A stretch of 64,000 nucleotides of DNA, taken from NCBI GenBank assembly GCA_038087875.1, contig JAXLNO010002694.1:434001-498000 (forward strand), read 5' to 3'. How positions within the stretch are numbered: position 1 is the first letter of the stretch; each line of letters begins with the position of its first letter. Shown here piece by piece: positions 46,879-58,610 of the stretch. A program made the position numbers and the translations under genes. The notes below the pieces were generated by a model, which was given only the letters and a program-made list of their open reading frames with translations, searched no databases and had not been told where the DNA came from. Source of the DNA: Malacoraja senta (lineage: Eukaryota).

Positions 46879-48219
46879 GTGAGTAAAGCATCCATTGGTC
46901 ACGAATCTTATACAGTAAAGCTTTAATCCTGCATGCTTGGCACTTTGGTAGCGCTGGACTGGGAGATATTAGAAGTTATTCCTGACTAAATCACCAAAAA
47001 CATTTAATTCACTCTTTGATTTGGACGTTACATGGTATGATATACTTTCCAGTGAAGCCAGTAAGTTCAATGACATAGATTTGAGGTGAGAACGGCAAGA
47101 TTCAAACAAACCTTTTCACTGAGAGGGTGGTAGGTATATTGAATGATTGCCAGTTGAACCAGGTACTATAACAGCATTTTAAAGACACTTGGACGTGTAC
47201 ATGGATAGGAAAAGTTTAGAGGCACATGGGCCAAGCATGGGCAAATAGTTTAGATAGGACATCTTGGACGAGTCGGGCTGAAGAACCCATTTCCCTGCTG
47301 TGTGACTCTGAGACCCAGGGGCCTGGTGAATACCAGGGAAGTCCGGGAATCAAGAACACTGCATGGGAATGCATCTAATTTCCCTTGACGGATGCTGAAC
47401 CATTCAATAGCAGATTATTGGTGTTTTGCTGCACATGAACACACACAGCTTCGCGCACTCTTTACCCCATTGTAGTACAGGCCCTTCAGCCCTAAACACA
47501 AGTTCCTCAGCAACTGAATCGTCCTACCACAACCAGAGAGCAGTACTAAACTACTATATACCTCATTCATGACTCTTGGATTATCCTCGACCGGACTTTG
47601 CTGCATCCCTTATCATGCATCAATACACTGTAAGTGGCTCGATTGTAATCATGTTTTGTCTTTCTGCTTACTGGTTAGCACGCAACAAAAGCTTTTCAGT
47701 GTACCTCGGTACACATGACAATAAACTAAACTGAAACTCTCCAACTGAACACCTGATATCAATGCTTAGTTAAATTCTACCTTTGAACATTACCAAGCAT
47801 CCATTATTATATAAATCACCTGAATGTCTGGGTGAGATTCCTGCCTGATCCTCATTTCCAGGTTATCAATTTTCTGTGGATGAATTTCCAAACACTTGAA
47901 AAAGCTAAATGTGGGTCTGTCTTTTGGTATAACATCATACTCATGCCATTTTCAGTCCTGCACTAAACATGACTCTATGGTTCTGAACCCAGATTGAATC
48001 ACAGTTAGGATGGAGGTTCAGATAAAGAAAACAAAATAAGGAAGCTAATGAAGGTAAGTTGGTTTGGACAAAGGTATTTACAGACACAAAAACCTGGATT
48101 AACTCAGCGGGTCAGGTAGCATCTCCGGAGAAGAAGGAACAGGTGATATTACGGGTTGAGACCCTTCTTCAGACTTGGTCACAGACTAATGATGTTTTTG
48201 TTCTCTCTTTCACTTACAG

Positions 48220-48230
48220 AATCCATCTAG
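48220..48230 (+). CDS. B2M: Beta-2-microglobulin exon 3, coding part (E-S-I-stop); exon spans 48220-48245
   Basis: Polypyrimidine tract plus cag/ at 48219; G+AA TCC ATC TAG; donor cag/GTAAG at 48246. Same mini-exon layout as mammalian B2M. Total protein 111 aa. Confidence 0.85.
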
Positions 48231-48334
48231 CCTGCTGCACCACAGGTAAGCAAACTGACATGTCATATGGCTACTGATTAGAATATTCTAACCTCACATT
48301 CAGACTTCTCACTCTTATTTCTTTGTTTTTGCAG

Positions 48335-48895
48335 CCATGAACATCGACATGATTACTGAATGATTAACCGCGAAGTTGATCATCTTTAAATTCAAATTTA
48401 ATTTTTAATCGATTGGCAGTATCAGGATAAAGGCATAACTACCTGCAAGATCGGCTTCAGAACCTTAGATCCATGTAATTGAAGCTACTGGCCCCTTGCT
48501 TTTTCCTTCGTGGTGTGATCAATAATATAGCTTTTAACCGCTCGCTTATTAGAAATGTAGTTCCCCTCCCAACTGCTGCGGAGAATTGGCCTACAAGATG
48601 GAACCAGTCATTTTCCTCTCTCCTGCATCCCATCCCACTCCAACCTCCCCCTCCCTCCCACTTCACAACCCTGCTTTGAAATTTGGATAGCATTTGGCAC
48701 ATCCTACTCCTTGTTCTGTTTACTCAATCTCCACAAAGGAGGGATCGCTGTACTCCCATCTACACCGGCATGCACTGACCTTGCAGTCAGATGCCCAGAT
48801 GCGATGCTTATTTTCGAGGCAGCAGCTCTACCAGCTGTGCCATGCATATTCTCATTATTTTTGTACCTGTAATAATCATACTTTTGTTAAATAAA
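48335..48895 (+). other. B2M: B2M exon 4 (non-coding 3'UTR) to the first candidate poly(A) signal
   Basis: tttgtttttgcag/ acceptor at 48334; AATAAA at 48890-48895, with an alternative at 49333-49338. Confidence 0.65.
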
Positions 48896-49881
48896 AAGTG
48901 GAGCTGTTAAATGATCACAGCAATCAACCTCCATCAGTGAACGCCACAAGTACATCCCCAGAAGGACATTGAGCTGAGAACTGTATGTCCGAAGTCACCA
49001 TGGTCCACTCCCATGGTGCATCTGAAAATACAGTTATCAGTTACTCCAACACTTTGTGCCTTTTGTCAACTAGTATCTAAAATTCCTGGTTTCTATCTTA
49101 TTTTGTAATGCTTCTGGCCAGTCCTCCCTCTGCACCCTTTCCCACAGTTACATTCCTCCCTGGCTATTTGCATGGTTAAGTTCATTTTCAGCTGTTGATT
49201 TAAATAATAATTTTTAACAGGCACAATCATGAGTGCCTTCATTTTTTGCTGATTTTTGAAATAGAATTGTTGGATTTTAGGGGGATACTTTTTATCAATA
49301 ATTTACTTGCAGTGTGTAAGGCATACATGCCTAATAAAGGATGATTAATCTTTTCCGCTTGCATTTTTCATTTGTGAAATTTGGGTACAAGGAACCAGTG
49401 TTGACATCAGTATTGACAATACAACAACTTCCAATTATATGGTGCCTTCAACTTGTCGAGCAGGTACATAGAACAGTAAAGCACAGGTGTAGGAAGGAAC
49501 CCTAGCGTTCCCTCTCCATCCCTCCCGCTTCCCAGTTCTCTGACCAGTCTTTCTGTCTCCGACTGTATTTTATCTCTTTGCTTTGTTGTTACCTTCCCCA
49601 GCTAACAATGATCTATTCTACATTTTCCTTGATCTGCATTCCCTTTATCCTAATTGTATACCTTTCACTTCCTTTATCTATGAATCTCCCTATCACCTGG
49701 AGTATTGTGTGCAGTTTTGGTCCCCTAATTTGAGGAAGGACATTCTTGCTATTGAGGAAGTGCAGCGTAGGCTGACAAGGTTAATTCCCGGGATGGCGGG
49801 ACTGTCATATGCTGAGAGAATGTAGCAGCTGGGCTTGTACACTCTGGAGTTTAGAAGGATGAGGTGATCTCATTGAAACAT

Positions 49882-51294
49882 AGAAAATAGGTGCAGGAGG
49901 AGGCCATTTGGCCCTTCGAGCCAGCACTGCCATTCATTGTGATCATGGCTGATCGTTCCCTATCAATAACCCGTGCCTGCCTTCTCCCCATATCCCTTGA
50001 CTCCACTAGCCCCTAGAGCTCTATCTAACTCTCTCTTAAATCTATCCAGTGATTTGGCCTCCACTGCCCTCTGTGGCAGGGAATTCCATAAATTCACAAC
50101 TCTCTGGGTGAAAACGTTTTTTTCTCACCTCAGTCTTAAATGACCTCCCCTTTATTCTAAGACTGTGGCCCCTGGTTCTGGACTCGCCCAACATTGGGAA
50201 AATTTTTCCTGCATCTAGCTTGTCCAGTCCTTTTATAATTGTATATGTTTTTATAAGATCCCCCTAATCCTTCTAAACTCCAGTGAATACAAGCCTAGTC
50301 TTTTCAATCTTTCCTCATATGACAGTCCCGCCATCCCAGGGATCAATCTCGTGAACCTACGCAGCACTGCCTCAATCACAAGGATGTCCTTCCTCAAATT
50401 AGGAGACCAAAACTGTACACAATACTCCAGATGTGGTCTCACCAGAGCCCTATATAACTGCAGAAGAACCTCTTTACTCCTATACTGAAATCCTCTTGTT
50501 ATGAAGGCCAACATTCCATTAGATTTCTTCACTGCCTGCTATACCTGAACGCCAACTTTCAGTGACCGGTGTACAAGGACACCCAGGTCTCGCTGTACCT
50601 CCCCCTTACCTAACCTAACCCCATTGAGATAATCTGCCCCCTTGTTTTTGCCGCCAAAGTGGATAACCTCACATTTATCTATATTATACTGCATCTGCCC
50701 ATTCACTCAACCTGTCCAGGTCACCCTGCAACCTCCTAACATCCTATTCACAGTTCACATTGCCACCCAGCTTTGTGTCGTCTGCAAACTTGCTAGTGTT
50801 GCTCCTAATTCCCTCTTCCAAATCATTAATATATATGGTAAACAGTTGCGGCCCCAACACCGAGCCTTGCGGTCCCAACACCGAGCCTCGCCTCTGCCTG
50901 CCATTCTGAAAAGAACCCATTCATTCCTACTCTTTGCTTCCGGTCTGCCAACCAATTTTCTATCCGTCAACACCCTACCCCCAATACCATGTGCTCTAAT
51001 TTTAGTCGCCAGTCTCCCATGCGGGACCTTATCAAAGGCTTTCTGAAAGTCTAGATACACTACATCCACTGGCACCCCTTCATCCATTTTACTTGTCACA
51101 TCCTCAAAAAATTCCAGAAGATTAGTGAAGCACGATTTTCATTTCATAAATCCATGTTGACTTGGACTAATCCTTTTACCGCTATCCAAATGCCCCATTA
51201 TTACCTCTTTAATAATTGACTCCAGCATCTTTTCCACCACCGAAGTCAGGCTAACTGGTCTGTAATTCCCCGTTTTCTCTCTCTCGCTCCTTTC
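49882..51294 (-). mobile_element. CR1 LINE nested in an older + strand CR1 fragment (49690-51500)
   Basis: VYLDFQKAFDKVPHGRL and LEYCVQFWSPNLRKD. 9-bp flanking duplication ttgaaacat (49873-49881 and 51295-51303). Empty site at about 57493-57501. Confidence 0.9.
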
Positions 51295-52489
51295 TTGAAA
51301 CATATAAGATTGTTAAGAGCTTGGACACACTAGAGGCAGGAAACATGTTCCCGATATTGGGGGAGTCCAGAACCGGGGCCACAGTTTAAGAATAAGGAGT
51401 AAGCCATTTAGAGGAAACACTTTTTCTCACAGAGAATGGTGAGTCTGTGGAATTCTCTGCCTCAGAGGGCAGTGGAGGCAGGTTCTCTGGATGCTTTCAA
51501 GAGAGAGCTAGATAGGGCTCTTAAAAATAGCCCGAAAAGTCACCCATTCCTTCTCTAGAGATGCTGCCTGTCCCGCTGAGTTACTCCAGCATTTTGTGTC
51601 TTATCAACAGTAAAGCACAGAAACAGGCCCACAGTGTCTGTGCTGAATACGATGCCAAGACCAACTTTATCTGCCTGCACATAACCCACATCCCTCACTT
51701 CCCTGCATATTGCTCAATGCCAAAGTCAATCTGGAGTGAGTTTGAAATTTTAGCAACAGGAGGCAAGATTACACAGGTGAGAGGTTCTGAGGAAAGGGAG
51801 ATCTGAGATTTCCTTACGCAAGAGAAGGTGGTCAACCACCCATCTTGGGTTTGATCCAGATCTTGTTACTTACATGGAGTTTGCACGATTTTCTTGTGAC
51901 CACATGGTTCTTGATGGTTGGCCTGAATGTGATGGACCAAAGGGCCTGCTTCCATGCTGCATAACTCCATAAGTGATCTGCCTGAGGCTGACAGGGGACT
52001 AACTCAGAGCCCTACAGCATTGACACAGACCCTTTAGCCTTATGGTGCTGACCTTAAAGGATCCATCCACATGAACCTCATCATTTATTCTTCCCATACT
52101 GTCATCAGCTCCCCCAAGATTCTCCCATTCACCCACACACAATTTGCAGAAGCCAATTCACCCATTAACCTCACGTCTTTGGGATGTGGTAGGAAATAGG
52201 AGACCCTGCACAAAATCCACGCAGTCACAAGGGGAATGTGTGAACTCCACATAGACAGCACCTGAGGTTGGGATTGATCCTGGGTCACTAGAGATTACCA
52301 CTTGAACCAGATTACTGCAGCTGGTTTAGTTTAGAGAGAGCGCAGAAACAGGCCCTTCGGTGGAACCTGAGATGCGCCACATGGCAGCAGAAGGCTCCTG
52401 AGATGTGCTGCTGAGCCAAACGTTCCTGCCGATGGGCCGCCGAGAGTGGAGGCCAGCCATGATTAAGTGTGGAGAGCCTAGGGTTTGGA

Positions 52490-53450
52490 GGAGGAGCCAT
52501 CTTGTGGAACGGCTGCTAACCTGCAGCCGTCCGTTTAAATTACTTTGTGAATGGTTTTAGTGAGTCTCCAATTTGCTTCGTAGGAGACATTCTACTTTTT
52601 AATGTCTAGTGAAGGGGGCAACGTAATTTCTAGGTCCCTACCTGGTCGGTGAGGCAGCTTTTCTCCAGGCTGCCCCGTTGACCCGTCCTCGTGGCCTACC
52701 AGCGGGCCTGGAGCGCCGTTTCCTGGTGGGAACAGCCCTGCACCTCGGTTTGGTGACGGCACAGCGCTGGAGCGTTGCCGCGGAGCGTAGCGGGCGATGC
52801 CTTGCCTGGATCGCCGCGCTGGATCGTCGCGTCGGAGCTCCGGTAGGCTGTGACCACCGAGGTCAACACCTCCGGGCTGCGGGACTGCGGAGAGGATCGG
52901 GCGGCGCCGAACCTAACATCGGGAGCCTTGGAGCTCCAAACTGGCGCGGCCTTGTCGGCTGCGGCCTCCGGTGAGGTATGCGGCCGTTCCAGGTGGCCCA
53001 GCCGCTGTGAGGACTCTCCCGACGCCGGGGCAACATCACCCGGTGAAAATGGCCAGGAACATCGGGCCTCCGTAGAGGCAATAGCGGAGGCCTCATTAGG
53101 CCTGACTTTGGGTGAACTGGGGTTGGGGACTGGACATTGTGCCTTCCCCCAAAGTGGTAATCATTGTGAGGGGATGATTTTTGTGTGTTGTGTCTTTGTT
53201 AGTCTGTGTTCAAGATGGCGGTCGGAGGGGAGAGTGGACGCTGGCGCGGTTTAGCTGCCGCTGCTCTCGCCTCAAATTGTGTTTCTGATTTTCTTTTTTG
53301 TGCCTTTGGAATGAATTCTGTCCTTAATTTGTGTATTGTGATGTTGATGTCCCTACTTTATTTTTTTATTCTGCTTATATGTTTTGTAATCTGCTTATCT
53401 GCAAGGCATCCTTGAGAGTCTTTGAAAGGCGCCCATAAGTGTAATGATAA
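52490..53450 (+). mobile_element. Second, diverged copy of the CpG-rich non-coding retroposon family
   Basis: Head (gccatcttgtggaacggctgc..cctgcag) and core (tttctagg..cctggtcggtgagg..cctcgtggcctacc..cgtttcctg..cagcgctgg) align with 1310-1990. Ends in an L2-like gcaaggcatccttgag..gaaaggcgcccataa. Confidence 0.6.
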
Positions 53451-56400
53451 ATATTAAAAAATAAAAATAGGGTGTAAGGAAAGCGGCTGAGAACTAAACG
53501 GACCCGGCTGGGGGGCGCCAAAAACTAATGGAGGAATCAACAAGGGTATGCTGATTATGAAGGGGGGCCTGTTGAGGGGCCGCTTACGGCCATGTGCAGT
53601 GGCAGGCCTTATCCGCCGTTGCGAGTAACTTGTAACTTTGTCGCCACAGGAAATGTGACTGCACTGCCTGGGTAATGTCAGCTGTATAATTTTACCGGGT
53701 TGCATGCAAAGCAAAGAATTTCACTGTACCTAACTACATGTGATAATAAAGTACGGTGGTGCAGCGGTAGAGCTGCTACCTTACAGCGCCTGAGACCCTG
53801 GTGAAATCTTGACTACGGGTGCTGTCTGTATAGAGTTTGTACGTTCTCCCCGTGACCTGCGTGGGTTTTCTCTGGGAGCTCTGGTTTCCTCCCACACTCC
53901 AAAGACGCACAGGTCTGTAGGTTAATTGGCTTGGCATCATTGTAAATTGTCCCCCTGTGTGTGTGTAGGATAGTGTTGGTGTACGGCCAAAGGGCCAGTT
54001 TCCGTGCTGTATCTCTAAAGTAAACTAAACTAATCATCCATGAGTGATTTTTATGCATGGGAATAAGGTGCATTCCCAACTGCCTGCTCAGAAATTAGGG
54101 AAAATAGACTTTTTTTCTCCAGTGTGAAAGTGTCTGTTGTCACAGGAGTTCTGGCTTTACCATTTGAGCCACTGTACTGCAGCTAGATTAATTTAATTTA
54201 GAGATACACCACGGAAACAGGCCCTTCGGTGGAACCTGAGATGTGCCGCGGTGCCAAACGTCCCTGCCGATGGGACGCCGAGAGTGAGGAGGCCCGCCGC
54301 GATTAACCGCAGAGAGCTTAGGTAGATCTTCTCCGTAGTTTATGCAGAAAGCAAGGAGGGCCGCTGAGAACTAAAGGGACCTGGCTGGGTGGGGGCTGCC
54401 AGGAACAAAGGGGGACCCTGCAGAGGAGGCGCCAAGAATTAAGGGGGAACTCAGGGAGGTGCAGAGAATAAAGGGGAGACTGGGCCAGGGTATGCCGATA
54501 ATTGAAACCAGGCCGCCTACGACCACGTGCAGCGGCAGGGCTGGTCCGCTGCTGCGAGTAGAAGATAAATCTGTTCGATTAACATTTTGTAACTTGGTCG
54601 CCGCCAGAAATGTGGCGACTCTGTACTGCCTGGGAGATGTCTGCTGGATGATTTTACAAGGTTGCATGCAAAACAAAGAATAGTTCAATAGTCCTTTATT
54701 GTCATGTGTACCATGAGGTACAGTGAAATATGATTTTACCATACAGTCATATAAAAAGCAACATGATGCTAAATTACATAAAATTGAAACATAAACAGCC
54801 ACCACAGCAGCGTGTGAGAATCCCTCGGCACACAGCAAAGGCGGAAACCCACAGCCATCAGTCCAGTGTCCGGGCCACACACACACTCTTCACCGTGATG
54901 TGACCAGAGTTGCACCGACCGCTGTCACTCTCTGCAGTCCCTGTCCGCCCAAACAGTCAGAAAGCCGTCCACACTCGCACCAGTCTACAGGACGCTCCCG
55001 CGGCGCGACGTCCCCATAAACAACGAGACCACTGCGCTCACGGCAATCCCTCAGAGTCCCCACCAGCGCAGGCAACATCCATCTTGCTTTTGGTGACCTC
55101 GCACTCCAAATACCTTTTACCTCCTGCCTCCTTTACCAGGGTAACTTTTACATCCTTCCTCCTTTACGCTGTATCTAGGTACATGTGACAATAAAGTACG
55201 GTGGCGCAGCGCCAGAGACCCGGGTTCCATCTGTACAGAGTTTGTAGGTTCTCCCCGTGACGTGTGGGTTTTCACCGGGAGATCCGGTTTCCTCCCACAT
55301 CCCAAAGACGCACAGGTTTGTAGGTTAATTGGCTTGGTATCATTGTAAATTGTCCTGTGTGTGTGTAGGATAGTGCTAGTGTACAGGGCGAATGCTGGTC
55401 GTCGTGAACTCGCTGGGCCGAAGGGCCTGTTTCTGCATTGTATCTCTAAACTAATCTCCCATGAGTGATTTTTGTGCATGGGAATAAGATATATTGCTAA
55501 GTGCCTACTTAGAAATTAGGGAAAACAAGACTATTTTTCCCCAGTGTGAAAATGTCTGTTGTCACTGGAGTTTTGGCTTTACCATTTGAGCCACTGTACT
55601 GCAGCTGGTTTAGTTTAGTTAGTGATACAGCACAGCATCTCTGGTTCCTTCGGTGGAACCTGAGATGCGCCACGTGGCAGCAGAAGGCTCCTGAGATGTG
55701 CCGCGGAGCCAAACGTCCCTGCCGATGGGCCCCCGAGAGTGAGGAGGCCCACCCTTAATAATCTTATATGTTTCAATAAGATCCCCTGTCATCCTTCTAA
55801 ATTCCAATGTATACAAGCCCAGCCGCTCCATTCTATAAACATATGACAGACCCGCCATCCCGGGAATTAACCATGTGAACCTAGGCTGCACTCCCTCGAT
55901 AGCAAGAATGTCCATCCTCAAATTTGGAGACCAAAACTGCACACAATATTCCAGGTGTGGTGTCTCCAGGGCCCTGTACTGCAGCACGACGTCTTTGCTC
56001 CAATACTCAACTCCACTTGTTATGAAGGCCAACATGCCATTCGCTTTCTTCACTGCCTGCTGTACCTGCAACCAAAGTAGTTTGTGGTTTAAAGGTTATT
56101 TGGAGTTCATAGCACTCAATAGCCGACTGGTTGTTGGGAAGCAGCTATTACTGAACCTGGATGTTACAGATTTTAGATTTCTATACCTTCTTGATGGCAG
56201 GAGGAAAAATGAAAGCTGGGCCAAGGTGGTATAGGTCCTTGATGATGCTGGCTGCCTTTTCGAGGCAGTGGTTGCTATAGATCACTTCAATGGTGGGGTG
56301 GTCAATACCTGTAGTAGATATTTAGCTTAAAATCTGTCATTACAGTACCCATGATGGACTGGGCACTATCATTTTTTTTTCTTTGTTCATGGACATACTG

Positions 56401-58610
56401 GATAAATAAAAAGTGGAGCTGTTAAATTATCACAGCAATCAACCTCCATCAGTGAACCCCACAAGTACATCCCCAGAAGGACATTGAGCTGAGAATTGTC
56501 TGTCCAAAGCCACCTCTTCCTCCCATGGTGCATCTGAAAATACAGTTATCAGTTCTCCAACACTTTGTGCCTTTTGTCAACTAGTATCTAAAATTCCTTG
56601 TTTCTATCTTATTTTGCAATGCTTCTGGCCAGTCCTCCCTCTGCACCCTTTCCCACAGTTACATTCCTCCCTGGCTATTTGCATGGTTAAGTTCATTTTC
56701 AGCTGTTGATTTAAATAATAATTTTTAACAGGCACAATCATGAGTGCCTTCATTTTTTGCTGATTTTTGAAATAGAATTGTTGGATTTTAGGGGGATACT
56801 TTTTTTATCAATAATTGACTTGCAGTGTGTAAGGCATACATGCCTAATAAAGGGTGATTAATCTTTTCCGCTTGCATTTTTCATTTGTGAAATTTAGGTA
56901 CAAGGAACCAGTGTTGACATCAGTATTGACAATATAACAACTTCCAGTTATATGGTGCCTTCAACTTGTCGAGCAGGTACATAGAACAGTAAAGCACAGG
57001 TGTAGGAAGGAACCCTAGCGTTCCCTGTCCATCCCCCCCCCCTCCCAGTTCTCTGCCCAGTCTTTCTGTCCGCGACTGTATTTTATGTTTGCTTTGTTGT
57101 TACCTTCCCCAGCTAACAATGATCTATTCTACATTTTCCTTGATCTGCATTCCGTTTATCCTAATTTTATACCTTTCACTTCCTTTATCTATGAATCTCC
57201 CTATCACCTGACATCCCGCCATCCCGGGAATTAACCTTGTAAACCTACGCTGCACTCCCTCAATAGCAAGAATGTCCTTCCTCAAATTTGGGGACCAAAA
57301 CTGCACACAATACACCTGGAGTATTGTGTGCAGTTTTGGTCCCCTAATTTGAGGAAGGACATTCTTGCTATTGAGGTAGTGCAGCATAGGTTTACAAGGT
57401 TAATTCCAGGGATGCCGGGACTGTCATATGCTGAGGGAATGGAGCAGCTGGGCTTGTACACTCTGGAGTTTAGAAGGATGAGAGGGCATCTCATTGAAAC
57501 ATGATTGTTAAGAGCTTGGACACACTTGAAGCAGGAAACATGTTCCCGATGTTGGGGGAGTCCAGAACCAGGGGCCACAGTTTAAGAATAAGGAGTAAGC
57601 CATTTAGAACGGAGACGAGGAAACACTTTTTCCTCACAGAGAGTGGTGAGTCTGTGGAATTCTCTGCCTCAGAGGGCAGTGGAGGCAGGTTCTCTCGATG
57701 CTGGGTGGGGGCTGCCGGGAACAAAGGGGGACCCTGCAGGGGGGCGCCAAGAATTAAGGGGGAACTCAGGGAGGTGCAGAGAATAAAGGGGAGACTGGGC
57801 CAGGGTATGCCGATAATGAAACTAGGCCGCCTACAACCACGTGCAGCGGCAGGCCTGGTCCGCTGCTGTGAGTAGAAGATAAATCTGTTCGATTAACATT
57901 TTGTAACTTGGTCGCTGCCAGAAATGTGGCGACTCTGTACTGCCTGGGAGATGTCTGCTGGATGATTTTATAGGGTTGCATGCAAAACAAAGAATAGTTC
58001 AATAGTCCTTTATTGTCACCTGTACCATGAGGTACAGTGAAAATTGATTTTACCATACAGTCATATAAAAAGCAACAAGATGCAAAATTACATAAAAATT
58101 AAACATAAACAGCCACCACAGCGGCGTGTGAGAATCTATAGGCGCACAGCAAAAGCGGAAACCCACAGCCATCAGTCCAATGTCCGGATCACACACATGC
58201 TCTTCACCGTGATGTGATCAGAGTTGCACCGACCGCTGTCACTCTCTCTGCAGTCCCTGTCCGCCCAAACAGTCAGAAAGCCGTCCACACTCGCACCAGA
58301 CTCCAGGACGCTCCCGCGGCGCGACGTCCCCACAAACACCGAGACCACTGCGCTCACGGCAATCCCTCAGAGTCCCCACCAGCGCAGGCAACATCCATCT
58401 TGCTTTTGGTGACCTCGCACTCCTCATTGTGATGGAAGGCAAATACCTTTTACCTTCTGCCTGCTTTACCAGGGTAACTTTTACCTCCTTCCTCCTTTAC
58501 ACTGTATCTAAGTACACGTGACAATAAAGTACAGTGGCGAGCTCCGGTTTCCTCCCACATCCCAAAGATGCACAGGTGTGTATGTTGTAATTGGCTTGGT
58601 AAATTGTCCT

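Larger units (their letters stand above)
48888..56402 (+). repeat. Unit 1 of a diverged tandem segmental duplication
   Basis: Begins taaataaaaagtggagctg, which recurs at 56403. Ends ggacatactgg, which recurs at 62223-62233. Confidence 0.85.

Noticed and set aside
46545-46886. Single-exon 113-aa B2M as given in the ORF track
   Set aside because: The start (MQETD...) and end (GE*) are intronic. Canonical splice sites give the four-exon model.
55546-55758. Repeated short ORF MKMSVVTGVLALPFEPLYCSW as a coding exon family
   Set aside because: No recognisable homology, frames are not preserved across the four copies, and it runs into SINE-derived sequence.
56403-57210. Second B2M gene or pseudogene
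   Set aside because: Only the distal 3'UTR and flank are duplicated; no B2M coding exon is present.
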